A stretch of DNA of 64,000 nucleotides from Albugo candida (GCA_040437565.1 JBDOQK010000013.1:372001-436000); one strand, 5' to 3'; positions 38,503 through 50,876 are shown, counted from the stretch's first letter. Notes: generated from the sequence alone by a model not told the origin. A program made the numbers and translations.

Positions 38503-41170
38503 CTAATGGATTCTATCATGATTCTGCCCATCACACATTGACTCACTGTGTGCCAGTGGTGAATTCAAGACTGAGAGAGGACCGATAGTGGGTGGCTCCA
38601 GATTTTGAAAGACATTTGTATGCTGCAAGTTTTGGGTCAGAGCTTCGAGAAACTTTTGACTTGCTTTGATTTTTTGACAATTGTTTTCGACAATTACACA
38701 CAAGTAAACGTATCGATCCACCTGTGCGATATTGTATGTTTGTTGCTTGTTATGACTTTCAAAGCTACAAAATGGTTTCAATCCGTCAAACTGATGATGT
38801 TGTTTCTTCGGATGCTTACCTGATGTGCGATATCGACTTATGTTTTCGTTTCGTTTCAATTTGATGTATAAGATCAAGCCAATAAAGCTCAAGAATTTCT
38901 GGCGATGGATACACGAATATTGCTGTCCAATTGCCGGATTGATCGTCTCTTTGCAAAGCGCTCAGTGTGCTGTCCTTTTCGCAGCTTGAAAACAAAGAAT
39001 GAAGTGTGTGATGCTTGCCCTTTTCCAAATAGCTTTGTTCTAGTAGTAATATCACACCCCCATTGTGTGTGCTTTGGGCCAGGTCTGCTACAGTATAACA
39101 GGCGATTTAACATAATTAGACAGCTAAATGTGATTGCCACAAGTACCTCGTTGGTCGAAGGTAGGTATAGGTGGCTCCTGAAATAGGGACGAATTTTTAA
39201 TAAAAGCTTGCATTTCAAGATGAGTTTCATATTGCTGTGCGAGGGAATGGGCAAAGTAGATATAGAACTTTGCAATCAGTGAATGAAAGAAACGGTGTGA
39301 CCATTGATAGATGCGTAAGGGGCAGTCACAATCATTGCTCTGAAATCTTGGCTTTGGGGTAGAATGAAAAGCTGGAAAGTCATTGCTCTCCCTGCGACCG
39401 ACAGACACGCTTTTACACAAGAGCTTCCCTTCTGAATATAACGAAGGAGTGTTGGCTTCGTTAAGGGTGTATGGCGACTTGGACGATGAAAATGGGAGAT
39501 CTTCGTGGTCGTGGTTTCTGTATGGGATACGATGTCATCTCACTGACGCATCAGTATCGATACATACCGGTGGGTCTGGATTTCGGAGCCGAAAATATAT
39601 TGGGAGTTTGCAAAACTACAGATGTAGTGAGAAAAAGTCGAGTACTTAATATTCGCAACGCCTGTACCTGGTAGACTCCATTTCCAACGAAGCGGCAGTT
39701 GCTATGGATTGCACATAGAGAGTTTCTATCAGTAGATGTGAATAACTCGATGCATGTTACAATGAGTAAGAGGTGCTACCTGTCACTGAGTGATTTTTGA
39801 ATGGACTGCTAGTGCCTTCCAAGCATATCATGCTCGGGTCGAATTTGGACGCGATGCCAGGTTTGCCCAAATGATAGAGCTGCGCATCTGTGCAAAATTT
39901 GGATTCGCTGGAAAGTTTCACTGAGGCAGTGTTTTCCCAGAGAAAACCTTTTTTCGTCCTTGTTCTCGTGCGGTAGATATTGCCTATACTCGATCTTTCT
40001 TCCACGATTCTTCTCACCAATATGTTCTTGTGTGCAGTCCATTTTTTTAATACTTTTTTGAGCTCGTGCAGAGCCACAATAGCAGCAACACTGTTGCACG
40101 ACGAAATCATAATCTCACATCGAAATGCTGCTTCAATCGATTCAATTTCGCGCAGACCCGATATCTTCAAGATGCCCAATAGTGGATGATCAAAGCTTTC
40201 ATATTCTTTTTTCAATCCTTTCAGCGATATCGTGAGCTACATTTACAATAAATAGCGATCTCCATCGACTCGGCAGGTTGATAAAATACCTTTTCATAGT
40301 CATGCCGAGGTGATGGACACGCCAAAGAGCGATAAATTCGAATCATTTTCGATCGAATCTACGCACCAAGCGACTGATATACAATTTGCGTCAATACGCA
40401 ATGATGGATACCTGAAAAAACCCAGCTGCTTGAGCAAAAAGCTCCCAGTAATACTGGGAAAGACCAGTGAGCAGCATGATTGATTCTTTCGGGGTATCTG
40501 CCTGACGGCTTTCTTCTTCCACCTGAGCTCTATCCACATTGAAATTGGATTGAGCACCACGTTCGCGTTGCCTAGTGGCTAATAAGGACCTGTCGTGGAG
40601 TATTTCTCTGCCCCAGCGATTCATCTTGATCTTTGCATCGCGGCCACAATTTCTTGACACTGACGAGCGTGTTGGATGCATCATGAACATATGCAGCTCC
40701 TTCGCTACATGTCTTAGTAAATGAATGAACGTTGTGTACATAGTATCAATTCGGCAGCTATCCAGATAATCCGTTTCCAGATACTTCATCAGATGATATC
40801 TTTGTCGTATAGTGCATGAGAATCGTATAGTAGCCAGCAACAATGAAAGCGCTTACGTGCTCTCACATGCTGCACCGAGACGGAAAGCTACCACAAGAAT
40901 ATGAGGTATCTTGGAAGTTGTAAAGGTGCATGCCTGGATCAAGATAAGCTAAGAACTGTTCTTCTGTGAGGATCCGCATCGATCTACTACCTGCCGATAT
41001 TGAAACTTTGATATTAAATCGAAAAAAACGGGTGCTACTTCGTCTAATACTTTGATAAATTCCGCCACGTTACTGAATTCGAGTGAGCCGATGAGGTAAA
41101 TCAGCTCTTGTTTGCGATTTTTGTGAGACGAATTTAGATCAACGCTGGCGCTTTTCATTCGAGGAAGCAT
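38503..41170 (-). CDS. KICS2: KICSTOR subunit 2 (C12orf66/DUF2003) homolog, multi-exon
   Basis: Four collinear blocks match the recalled C12orf66 pattern: FDHPLLGILK...ALHELKKVLKKW; PLRIYQWSHRFFHSLIAKFYIYFAHSL; NWTAIFVYP...LYWLDLI; KQQTYNIAQVDRYVYLCVIVE...KFLEALTQNLQHTNVFQNLEP. Confidence 0.75.
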
Positions 41171-41460
41171 TGAACCTTATTAAGCCAATCACACATACGA
41201 CAACGTCATCACTGTCATACCTTTCCAGGTTTAACGATACGTACAGCAAAGCAAAAGGATGGGGAAAGCCACTTAAAGTAGGAACGTCTTTATCTGCAGT
41301 CATGAAAAGTCCGACTAGCATGCATACATTTCTGTCGCAGCAGCGAGGCTACATGGAGTCAGTTGTAAGTGTCCTCTACAACTGCGGTGTTTGGTTTCTA
41401 AAGTAGACGATGAACTATTAAAGTGATTAAATGCAATTGTAGGTGGGTCACTTTTCACAT

Positions 41461-41919
41461 TTAAAGCTCCAGAACAAAGACGCCGTCACTCTCCTCCGTA
41501 CTGCAATCCATCCATTCAAGCTCCGTTGATTTCTGCCGTCTACGCATTCGATGTTCCTCAAGATAGCGTGAGTTTGTTTCATGGTCCATTCTCTTAAAAA
41601 AGCCTAAATTACTGTACAATGAGAAGTTGTCATCATCGAGAAGTTCCCATGAATCTGCTTGCCCAACATAACAAGTCTGAATGATGCGAAAGCATGTCTG
41701 ACTCGATTCGAGTACCTTGCGCGGATTTTGACGCCTTTTTGGTATCGATACTGGTTTCGTGCGAGGGTATTGTGGAGTAGCCGTTGGTTTCTGCCCATTA
41801 CCTTCGCTGCTACTGCACCCGCCATATGCAGTTTGATTAACAGCGAGTATTCCATTTGTACACGCTTTTTTTAAGGAATAACACCCCGATCTCACAAAAG
41901 TATCCATTTTTGGGCACAT
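41461..41919 (-). CDS. Small disordered protein with TKPVSIPKR motif and acidic C-terminal FVLEL
   Basis: 152-aa ATG ORF, divergent from the LRR gene across a CCAAT-containing intergenic region. Confidence 0.65.
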   Translation of the reverse strand: MCPKMDTFVRSGCYSLKKACTNGILAVNQTAYGGCSSSEGNGQKPTATPQYPRTKPVSIPKRRQNPRKVLESSQTCFRIIQTCYVGQADSWELLDDDNFSLYSNLGFFKRMDHETNSRYLEEHRMRRRQKSTELEWMDCSTEESDGVFVLEL

Positions 41920-42276
41920 AATCGACAGTTGTCGCGATCTGCGTGGTTGTGAAAATTTACAAATGCTTCGAATTCGGCATTGAAAAAATTTGTAGTCTCT
42001 AGAACACAGCGAGGCAAGTACCCTATCGCGATGAGCATTGAGACAATTTTGTTAAAATTTTACTACACCTAATTGTACACTATAAAAGCAATTCGACTGA
42101 GTCTGATGACTCATCTGCTTCGACGTGCGTGCTTGAGCCAATCTCACTGATGGTTACGTACGCTTAAAGCTTATCAGACGCTTGTAATTGGCTTGCAATC
42201 CAAGTCTCAATAAGTAGTGACCGGTATTCTACTGGTAGCCTATAAACTTGACTATAATTCAGCCACTATCGACAAA

Positions 42277-43868
42277 ATGGCGCAAACTTGTAGGAGGCAC
42301 AAAATCAAAAAGCTAACAAAGGATAAAATCGAGCTATTGTTACCCGAAATCCTCGTTGGCAACTCTCTTGACTTGAGTGTTCGTGGGATCGAAGCGATAT
42401 TGACATTTGAAGGACTCGAAAAATGTACCAAAGTTGATATCAGTAGTAATCGTATCACCAACCTCCCTAGTCTATCACCGATTAAAAATGCAACAATGCT
42501 CAAGCTAAATAACAATAAACTGCGATCAGAGGTTTCGAATCTGAATGCTTCGAAAAGTTTGATTGACTACTAACTAAGTGTATCAGAGTCTCACCCAGCT
42601 TGGATTATTACGTAAACTAGTAACACTCAATCTTGGCAATAATCAGATTTCGAGGTTACCGAAAGACTCACTAAGAGCTTTGAATAAGCTTAAGGCTCTT
42701 GTTTTGAATGATAACATGATACAGACCCTGGATTGGCTACCAAAACTATCTGTTTGTGACTCTTTTGTGAATGTCAGGGCTTTATTTATCTATATCTGAC
42801 TCTGGTACGATAGGCACTCGGTTCGTTGATTATGAGTCACAATCGCATTTCCGAATTGGATAGTCGAATCATTCTTCGACTTCCCAACCTTATCAAACTA
42901 TCGCTGTGAGCACGTGCATCCGTTTCTCTACCGAATCGTGTTTGACTAAGCGCTTTCTGGACGGGAATAGATCTCATAATCAGCTAACAGAGATTCCCGA
43001 TTTATCAGCGTTGCCTCATCTGGGAGAGCTTCGATTATCACACAACAACATACAGCGAGTGCCATCAACTCTTGCAAACAACAGTATGATATTCCAGCAC
43101 TTTTGTTTCGTCCAAACTTTATTTACCGAGTTATCCGTTAGTATGTTTGAAGCTTTTAGACTTAGGACACAACGCAGTTGACGATTGGAGTGGCGTAGAA
43201 GCACTACGTTCGTTGGAACATCTCAAGCAGCTTAATTTAAGAGGAAATCCCATTGCAGGTAATTCACAGACTGTGGAAAGCTCCGATTCAAAAGCCCGAG
43301 TAGTGGATGAAAAGACCACGCTCTACTCCAAGACGATGAAACAGATGTTTCCACATTTGGTGATACGAGATGGAGAACGCGTGCGAGGCAAAAAATCGCA
43401 TGGCTACGAAGCAGGAATGACGAAAAGAAAAATAAAGGTCAAAAGTGGGGCAAATTTTGATGATTCAAAAGCTGATGTACGAGACGATAAGTTCGAAAAA
43501 CTGCATGCAGAAGGTGTCAGTAGATTCAAACACCCACCATACGAAGCAAACACTAATCCCCAATCAGATGGAAACGAAGCAAAAGGACAGACCGATAGTG
43601 GTGGAGTAAATCCTCCAAAGCCTGATAAAAAACGAAAAGCCTCCAGCTCAGAAAAGCAATCCAGAATGGTACACTGGACTTTGTCTTGATTCTTCATCTG
43701 ACCTATTCTTTCGTATTCTAGGACCCAGCAAGCGGTGTGCTGCAAATGAGAAATTGCAAGAGACCTGCACATAGAAACAGGAACCTGATACTGCCTAATG
43801 AAGCTCATCCGCCAAGGTTAGCGCCTATAGACACCGTTGGACTAGGAGGAGAATCAGCTTGGGATTAG
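42277..43868 (+). CDS. SDS22-like leucine-rich repeat protein with basic disordered tail, multi-exon
   Basis: Repeated LxxLxLxxNxI units across ORF fragments, LRR cap LNLRGNPI...FPHLVIRDG, and end VGLGGESAWD* at 43868. Confidence 0.85.
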
Positions 43869-44137
43869 CATGTAATTCTAATCAAAGTGCTCGCTTTCGA
43901 TTACTCGCAATTTCTGGAAAACCGACAATGGTGCAAGCTACATCCTTCCGATCGTTGTTTCAAGTTGATCATCCAACGATAAGGACCTGTATATACCAAT
44001 AATCCCCGTCTCGGCACATCTACCCAACTGCTTGAAAATGGCCGTATCTTACATTCATGAAGGACAGTTGATCCAAACTGCCTAATGATTGCAGAATGGA
44101 AGCTTACGAGCTCTCAAAATCAAGATCAACTTTTTAA

Positions 44138-47100
44138 ATGGGGCAATCCTGCGTGACACAGCTAGAGGATCGAAGCTGTAAGAATCCAACTTTCACAAAC
44201 TATAGCAACGACGTAGTAAATAATGTCCAACGAGCTGAAAAGAAGCAAGAAAAAACCGTCTTGCTAAGCTTTGATAATTTGGATAAGCAAATCATCGAAT
44301 TTCTGCTCGCTCGTTCTAAGAAATTTCACCTTGGAATTACACATAGTCAAAGCCGAACAAGTGAAGAACACAATCAGGTGTTTTTAAACTATGCACTTAA
44401 TTTTTGGCATGGAATGCAAGACAGCAAACAACCATTCCGACTGAACCCTCCTGCTGACATCAGAATACGCTTCGGTTCGAATTATCAGTACGAAATTGAT
44501 CAACAAAAGCAATGGATCTTTGGATTAGAAGACAAAGTGTTTCATTTTATGGCGATCGGAAAGTCCAGCGATTTCGACACTACTATTTTGACGCAATTTG
44601 CTCGCAAAGGAAACATAACGCCATCGAAGCAATTCCAGAAGGCTATTAAAACCTTACTTTTGAAATATTTGAACAGGACCCTGGCTTCACGCTTTCAGAG
44701 CGTTTGTAAATCGCTGAAGTGTTGTATTCTTGTAAACGCTCTCCATCTGTGCAGCAATCAGAGTATACAAAAGGTTTCGAATATGAAGATACAGTTCAGA
44801 AAGGATGGCTTAAAGCATGATGACGAAAAGATAATTCTTCGACTCTGTTCCATAGACTGGCAGGATCAAGTAAGAGACTGCGTGCACAACGCACGGGATC
44901 TCGTCGGGCAGATTGTGCGTCTACGACCAGGGATTGAACCTTACACAAGTATTGGTTGGTTTGTATGGTATTCATTCCACTCATGCCTTCAGCCCCAACA
45001 GCAACTATGGGAGCTTTTTCTGTTCTATGTAGGAAATGTGTTTGAAACAGGGCGCTTTTTTGATTTTGCCTTGGAAAAAATGCTTTTGTACACAGCTTCA
45101 GAAGTAATCAAAGAATGCGATTTTGAAGCTGCGATATTGTGCTGCAAATGGAACAATTACGTCGAATCAATCGAGCTCAATCTGGTTGCTCTCAACGCAA
45201 ATGTGGCACTCAATGGGATAGATATCTGCCACGTTACGATGGATTCAATCACCGCCGCGATGGCTATCACAGCACGTGAATTTGAACAATATTTGGTTAC
45301 GAATAAGGTCATACATGTTTCTTTACAACATCAGCAGCAATTTGAAGAGTGCTTATCGAATCAGGTTAATTCTCGTGTTAATCTGCTAATAGCATGGTCG
45401 ATGTGGTTCAGACTGCATTTCTCACCCTGGTTTGTAGAGAAGGAATGGATCACTTATGTACACGGAATGATGGATTTTTTGGAAATCTGCTTCTCAAGAT
45501 GTTGTGAAGAGTGCGTGTACTGCTCCTTAAAGTGCATGGAAGTAGCCTGCCATCCAAGCATATGGGCAGATGTACATAACTGCTTGACGGACCACAAATG
45601 CAAACATGCTTGTGAGCTTTGTACTAAAGGATGTCCACAATTCTTCAGAGTTGCCCGTTGTTGCAAAGGTACTAATCATTTCGGTAAGCATGTTTGCAGC
45701 AGCTATCACGACTGCGGAGAGTACTGTGAAAACTCGGATTCATCTACGTGTGGCCTCAATTGCATCCTGCCGTATGACCATGAAGGAAAACATTCATGTG
45801 GTGTCTTGAAACATTCTTGTCCAAAAGTTTGTCAAGGTTCAGGGTGCACTCACATCTGCACGGATTATATTGAGAATGCGCACGCAATACACGCGTGCCA
45901 AGAGTTACGTTGCGCCCATGGATGCGCAATGCACGAGTGTAGGCAACGATGTTCATCTCTAGACCATTTTCACGGTCAGGATAGCATAAGCGATCAATTT
46001 CGCCCCGAAAGAATTAGGAGCATGGGCTTGACTCATATGGCTATGTTTGATCACATTGCTTCAGCTCCACATCAGTGCAAGTTCTCGCATCAATGCCCGG
46101 AAACATGCGATCTGCCGGGAAACTGCATTCTCCAACTCCGAGATTCACATGACAATGTCGTGCATATCATCGACAGCGCGCTCGACCGTGCTACCTGGAA
46201 GGCTTTACAGATTCAGGATCTTTTAAACCTCATTAACAGTAGCAGGAATGGGATATCGCTCAAATTAAATCTGGTTTCTGTACGGCAACGGTGCTCAGAA
46301 AGGTTGTTACCATGTGCTAGGTCACATGAAGGCGTTCATTATTGCTCTATGAACGTTTGCAGTCATAATGAGAATGATTATATGAGATATGCGTCTCCAC
46401 ATCGAGACTTTGAGAGATCCATACGAGCGCACTTTTGTGAAGAGTGTTGTCCTCGTTGTGGAGGATCTTGCATTTATCCGGTTGGTCATCATGGACCTCA
46501 TACCACTATTCATGCCGTGTCCGCTGATGACCAAATGGATTGTGCTGAATATTGTCACATAAAATCTCATGAGCATTATGTCGAATGCTGGAAGCCGATG
46601 CAATGCCCGTTTCAGGCGTATGAGGAATGCGGTGATGGAATTATACATAGGGTGTCGCATTCACGTTTCTGGTCTCTTTTGCGCTGGCAGGATCCTTCAT
46701 GGCGAAAATACAAGTCACAAGTTGAGGTGGCCACGTTGAAGGATAGATATGAAGATTTTCAGTGTGTCAAGAATAGTGATATACTTGAATCCGTCAAGCA
46801 GCGGCATTTCATTTTTGCTCTGGATTGTTCCGATACGATGATAGGCGAACCATGGAAAAGAATGCTGGTCTCGATGCATTCGTTTATTCACCGAATTTCG
46901 CCCAGCAGAGTTGAATGTAATACAAAGCAGTGGCGAGGATGCAATAATGATGTCATCTCAGTAATGACTTTCAATAAGGAAGCGCGTTGGTTTTGTACCG
47001 AATTGTCTGTTCAGCTATTCTTAGACTGCGAAAAGGCTATAACGTTCCGAGGCGGGAGGAAGCGGTATACTGCTGCATTACGCTTGATAGGGGAAGCGTT

Positions 47101-47323
47101 GAAGAAAAATGAGCACACAAGGTATACTTCGGTTGTATTTATTTACACAGATGGAAAGAAAGGTGAAAGGTTTGATGCGCTTAACGACTTTGCGGAAAAA
47201 TTCCGATGTAGACATTCCGACGGATTGAACGGCTTCGAAGTAGTGGGTCACGGAGATGTGCGTATGGCCTTTTTGGTGGATTTTGCTTATCGCCTAGGAG
47301 CGCGATGCACCACGAAAACCTAG
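44138..47323 (+). CDS. Cys/His-rich zinc-finger-repeat protein with C-terminal VWA domain (1061 aa)
   Basis: Repeats of C..C...HxGxHxC over ~45500-46630. VWA: HFIFALDCSDTM (MIDAS DxSxS variant), ISVMTFN, FIYTDG. Confidence 0.8.
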   Translation: MGQSCVTQLEDRSCKNPTFTNYSNDVVNNVQRAEKKQEKTVLLSFDNLDKQIIEFLLARSKKFHLGITHSQSRTSEEHNQVFLNYALNFWHGMQDSKQPFRLNPPADIRIRFGSNYQYEIDQQKQWIFGLEDKVFHFMAIGKSSDFDTTILTQFARKGNITPSKQFQKAIKTLLLKYLNRTLASRFQSVCKSLKCCILVNALHLCSNQSIQKVSNMKIQFRKDGLKHDDEKIILRLCSIDWQDQVRDCVHNARDLVGQIVRLRPGIEPYTSIGWFVWYSFHSCLQPQQQLWELFLFYVGNVFETGRFFDFALEKMLLYTASEVIKECDFEAAILCCKWNNYVESIELNLVALNANVALNGIDICHVTMDSITAAMAITAREFEQYLVTNKVIHVSLQHQQQFEECLSNQVNSRVNLLIAWSMWFRLHFSPWFVEKEWITYVHGMMDFLEICFSRCCEECVYCSLKCMEVACHPSIWADVHNCLTDHKCKHACELCTKGCPQFFRVARCCKGTNHFGKHVCSSYHDCGEYCENSDSSTCGLNCILPYDHEGKHSCGVLKHSCPKVCQGSGCTHICTDYIENAHAIHACQELRCAHGCAMHECRQRCSSLDHFHGQDSISDQFRPERIRSMGLTHMAMFDHIASAPHQCKFSHQCPETCDLPGNCILQLRDSHDNVVHIIDSALDRATWKALQIQDLLNLINSSRNGISLKLNLVSVRQRCSERLLPCARSHEGVHYCSMNVCSHNENDYMRYASPHRDFERSIRAHFCEECCPRCGGSCIYPVGHHGPHTTIHAVSADDQMDCAEYCHIKSHEHYVECWKPMQCPFQAYEECGDGIIHRVSHSRFWSLLRWQDPSWRKYKSQVEVATLKDRYEDFQCVKNSDILESVKQRHFIFALDCSDTMIGEPWKRMLVSMHSFIHRISPSRVECNTKQWRGCNNDVISVMTFNKEARWFCTELSVQLFLDCEKAITFRGGRKRYTAALRLIGEALKKNEHTRYTSVVFIYTDGKKGERFDALNDFAEKFRCRHSDGLNGFEVVGHGDVRMAFLVDFAYRLGARCTTKT

Positions 47324-48278
47324 TGATAGCGCTGGTGTGTCATATTATACACTAAGCGGGATTGATTTGCATGAAGAACGCGATCGTTTCACGAGCCAAA
47401 TCATCAAAAAGACGTGCTTTTTGGCTTCTTTTTAAGAAATTTTCTCAATCCAGCTTCAAGTTGTCATCTATTGAAGGGCAAATTAATTGACGAATTGTTG
47501 CAGGGTTGAGAATGATGCTGATCCCAAGTTACGTTACGGTTTTGGGCGCGTACAAACTTTCTATGTTTGATCTGGATATCCCTCTATGTTGTTCATGCTT
47601 GATACTATAGTGCCACAAGGGCTAAAAATGCAAACATGTATTGGTCGAAGGTTACAGAGCATCACAATCCATCCTGCAGTATGAGAAGAAATTGATGTGC
47701 ACATTGCACTCATTTGACACTGACAATTGCAAATCATAATTGGCTTTCGTACTCCCGCCTTTAGTGTATTGTAATTGACACCAACGCAACGTCTGATGGA
47801 ATTTCACAATGTAGATCGCCTCTACTACATCCGTCTCCTGTTTTGCTTACAGTTGAGCCCACCGCGTGACTATACGCTCCTTGCCTCGTAGAAATAGCTT
47901 ATATTACACAATTATACCGATACCAATCGGCTACAGCACAGATGTCCAATTGCCTGGCAACATGCTGATTTTGACGTATTTGAGAGACTCGCTACCCAGG
48001 TGAGTGGGCGCTTTGTCGAGGTCATAAGACAATGATGGTCTTGGCGATTCATCTGATACTGGGCTGTCCTCCACCACATCGTGACATGGCGCGAATCGCC
48101 CAGCTCATGATCGAGCTTGAGCACCTACTACTAAATTGCTCTGCGCTTTCATGGTTGAGACAGAGTGGTTGAATCGTCATTTGACAAGAAAGGGAGCTTT
48201 ACAACGCGTCAACGTCCTACGTAAAAATACAGAGCGATCTCCTTGGTCGACTTGCTAGTAGACTAGCACGATATATCT

Positions 48279-50876
48279 TGCTATCTGTAGTGTGGCAATA
48301 GTACAAGACGGTCGCAGGCGAAGGCATCGGTGAACTGATGAAGTCAGCGCGTCAAAAGTCAATCACCAAGAGCTTGCCGATCTCACCTCACCATGATGTG
48401 CCAATTGGGACCCTTGACCCACTTTCATAGTCGTAGAGTCGTCTCTAGAGTCTAGCTACTGCAAACCCTTGCGGGCTGGTGTTATGGTATCTTGTCACGT
48501 AGAAATCTGCGTTAGCTTAAAATATTGATCCTGAGAATCCCGCCTTCCAAAAAGGTCTACGTGTCTGAACGCTCTTTCGGTTGTGATCTTGAATATTGCT
48601 GCAGAAAAATGTGACCATTCTCAAGGTTAACTCGTACAAAATGGTACAGGTCTCTGATATGCTTTCATGCACTTGAGAAACTCGGGATACTTTGCCAAAT
48701 CGATCACTACCTATTTGTCTCAAAAATTTCTGCAATCGTCATAGTGATCTTGATCGTTCTCTGCTGCTTCCGAGAGGGCGATGTTTTCGCTTCTTGCTGC
48801 GCCGCCTGATATAGCCATTGATCAGGGATCTGCTACCACTGGAGATTGTTGAGAGCCGTATCACATACCCAATCTGAATCAAAGCATCCGCTGAATTTGC
48901 AACAACAGAGAAAAGAAAGAATATCATGCTTTGCGTGTGAATGTACTCTTCTTGCGTGAGGGCGTATGTTTGCGTCGCGAATTCATTGGCTTGGTGCCTT
49001 TACGTCCCGAGCGGAGTCTAGACGGGCAATCACCATCACCTAAAAAAGAGGATCGAATGCATAACAGCAGAGAGGATCGTTTATCGTGGATCCATATATG
49101 TGCTCCTACTCTGCATGGGTCCAAATGCTATTGAATTAAGTATAGCAACTTATTTGCTGGATTTGCTAGCGCGCTAGATATAGCTCAAAGAAGCATTTGA
49201 GATAAACCCTGGTTTCGAGTGCGGTGTGTGCAACATCCTTGGTAGACAGGTTAACGTTCGTAAGAGCACCAACCTGGTATAGTCGCCCTCCGTTCGACAT
49301 CGTCATTACCTCCTACCATATACGATGCGATCATCTATGGCGAGTGATTTAGATGGATAAATCAATTTCTTATTCAGCACAATCTCCTGGAGAATTTAAA
49401 TGTGTCGTGTACCACCAAATTGATCAAGTACAACGAGACGCAAAGCCGCGCCCCGCTCACTTCTATGGCCAGAATCAATAAACAAATGAGTCTTTATTTG
49501 ATGTCCATCATGTATACATATTGCGGCNNNNNNNNNNNNNNNNNNNNNNNNNNNNNNNNNNNNNNNNNNNNNNNNNNNNNNNNNNNNNNNNNNNNNNNNN
49601 NNNNNNNNNNNNNNNNNNNNNNNNNNNTGCTATCTGTAGTGTGGCAATAGTACAAGACGGTCGCAGGCGAAGGCATCGGTGAACTGATGAAGTCAGCGCG
49701 TCAAAAGTCAATCACCAAGAGCTTGCCGATCTCACCTCACCATGATGTGCCAATTGGGACCCTTGACCCACTTTCATAGTCGTAGAGTCGTCTCTAGAGT
49801 CTAGCTACTGCAAACCCTTGCGGGCTGGTGTTATGGTATCTTGTCACGTAGAAATCTGCGTTAGCTTAAAATATTGATCCTGAGAATCCCGCCTTCCAAA
49901 AAGGTCTACGTGTCTGAACGCTCTTTCGGTTGTGATCTTGAATATTGCTGCAGAAAAATGTGACCATTCTCAAGGTTAACTCGTACAAAATGGTACAGGT
50001 CTCTGATATGCTTTCATGCACTTGAGAAACTCGGGATACTTTGCCAAATCGATCACTACCTATTTGTCTCAAAAATTTCTGCAATCGTCATAGTGATCTT
50101 GATCGTTCTCTGCTGCTTCCGAGAGGGCGATGTTTTCGCTTCTTGCTGCGCCGCCTGATATAGCCATTGATCAGGGATCTGCTACCACTGGAGATTGTTG
50201 AGAGCCGTATCACATACCCAATCTGAATCAAAGCATCCGCTGAATTTGCAACAACAGAGAAAAGAAAGAATATCATGCTTTGCGTGTGAATGTACTCTTC
50301 TTGCGTGAGGGCGTATGTTTGCGTCGCGAATTCATTGGCTTGGTGCCTTTACGTCCCGAGCGGAGTCTAGACGGGCAATCACCATCACCTAAAAAAGAGG
50401 ATCGAATGCATAACAGCAGAGAGGATCGTTTATCGTGGATCCATATATGTGCTCCTACTCTGCATGGGTCCAAATGCTATTGAATTAAGTATAGCAACTT
50501 ATTTGCTGGATTTGCTAGCGCGCTAGATATAGCTCAAAGAAGCATTTGAGATAAACCCTGGTTTCGAGTGCGGTGTGTGCAACATCCTTGGTAGACAGGT
50601 TAACGTTCGTAAGAGCACCAACCTGGTATAGTCGCCCTCCGTTCGACATCGTCATTACCTCCTACCATATACGATGCGATCATCTATGGCGAGTGATTTA
50701 GATGGATAAATCAATTTCTTATTCAGCACAATCTCCTGGAGAATTTAAATGTGTCGTGTACCACCAAATTGATCAAGTACAACGAGACGCAAAGCCGCGC
50801 CCCGCTCACTTCTATGGCCAGAATCAATAAACAAATGAGTCTTTATTTGATGTCCATCATGTATACATATTGCGGC
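48279..50876. repeat. Gap-flanking 1.25-kb duplication (48279-49527 = 49628-50876)
   Basis: Same sequence and duplicated ORF-track entries on both sides of the 100-N gap. Confidence 0.9.

Noticed and set aside
47400-48200. Possible Copia integrase relic on the minus strand (IGHL; TKGG/EY-like)
   Set aside because: Matches are too short and frame-broken; no LTRs or PBS found.
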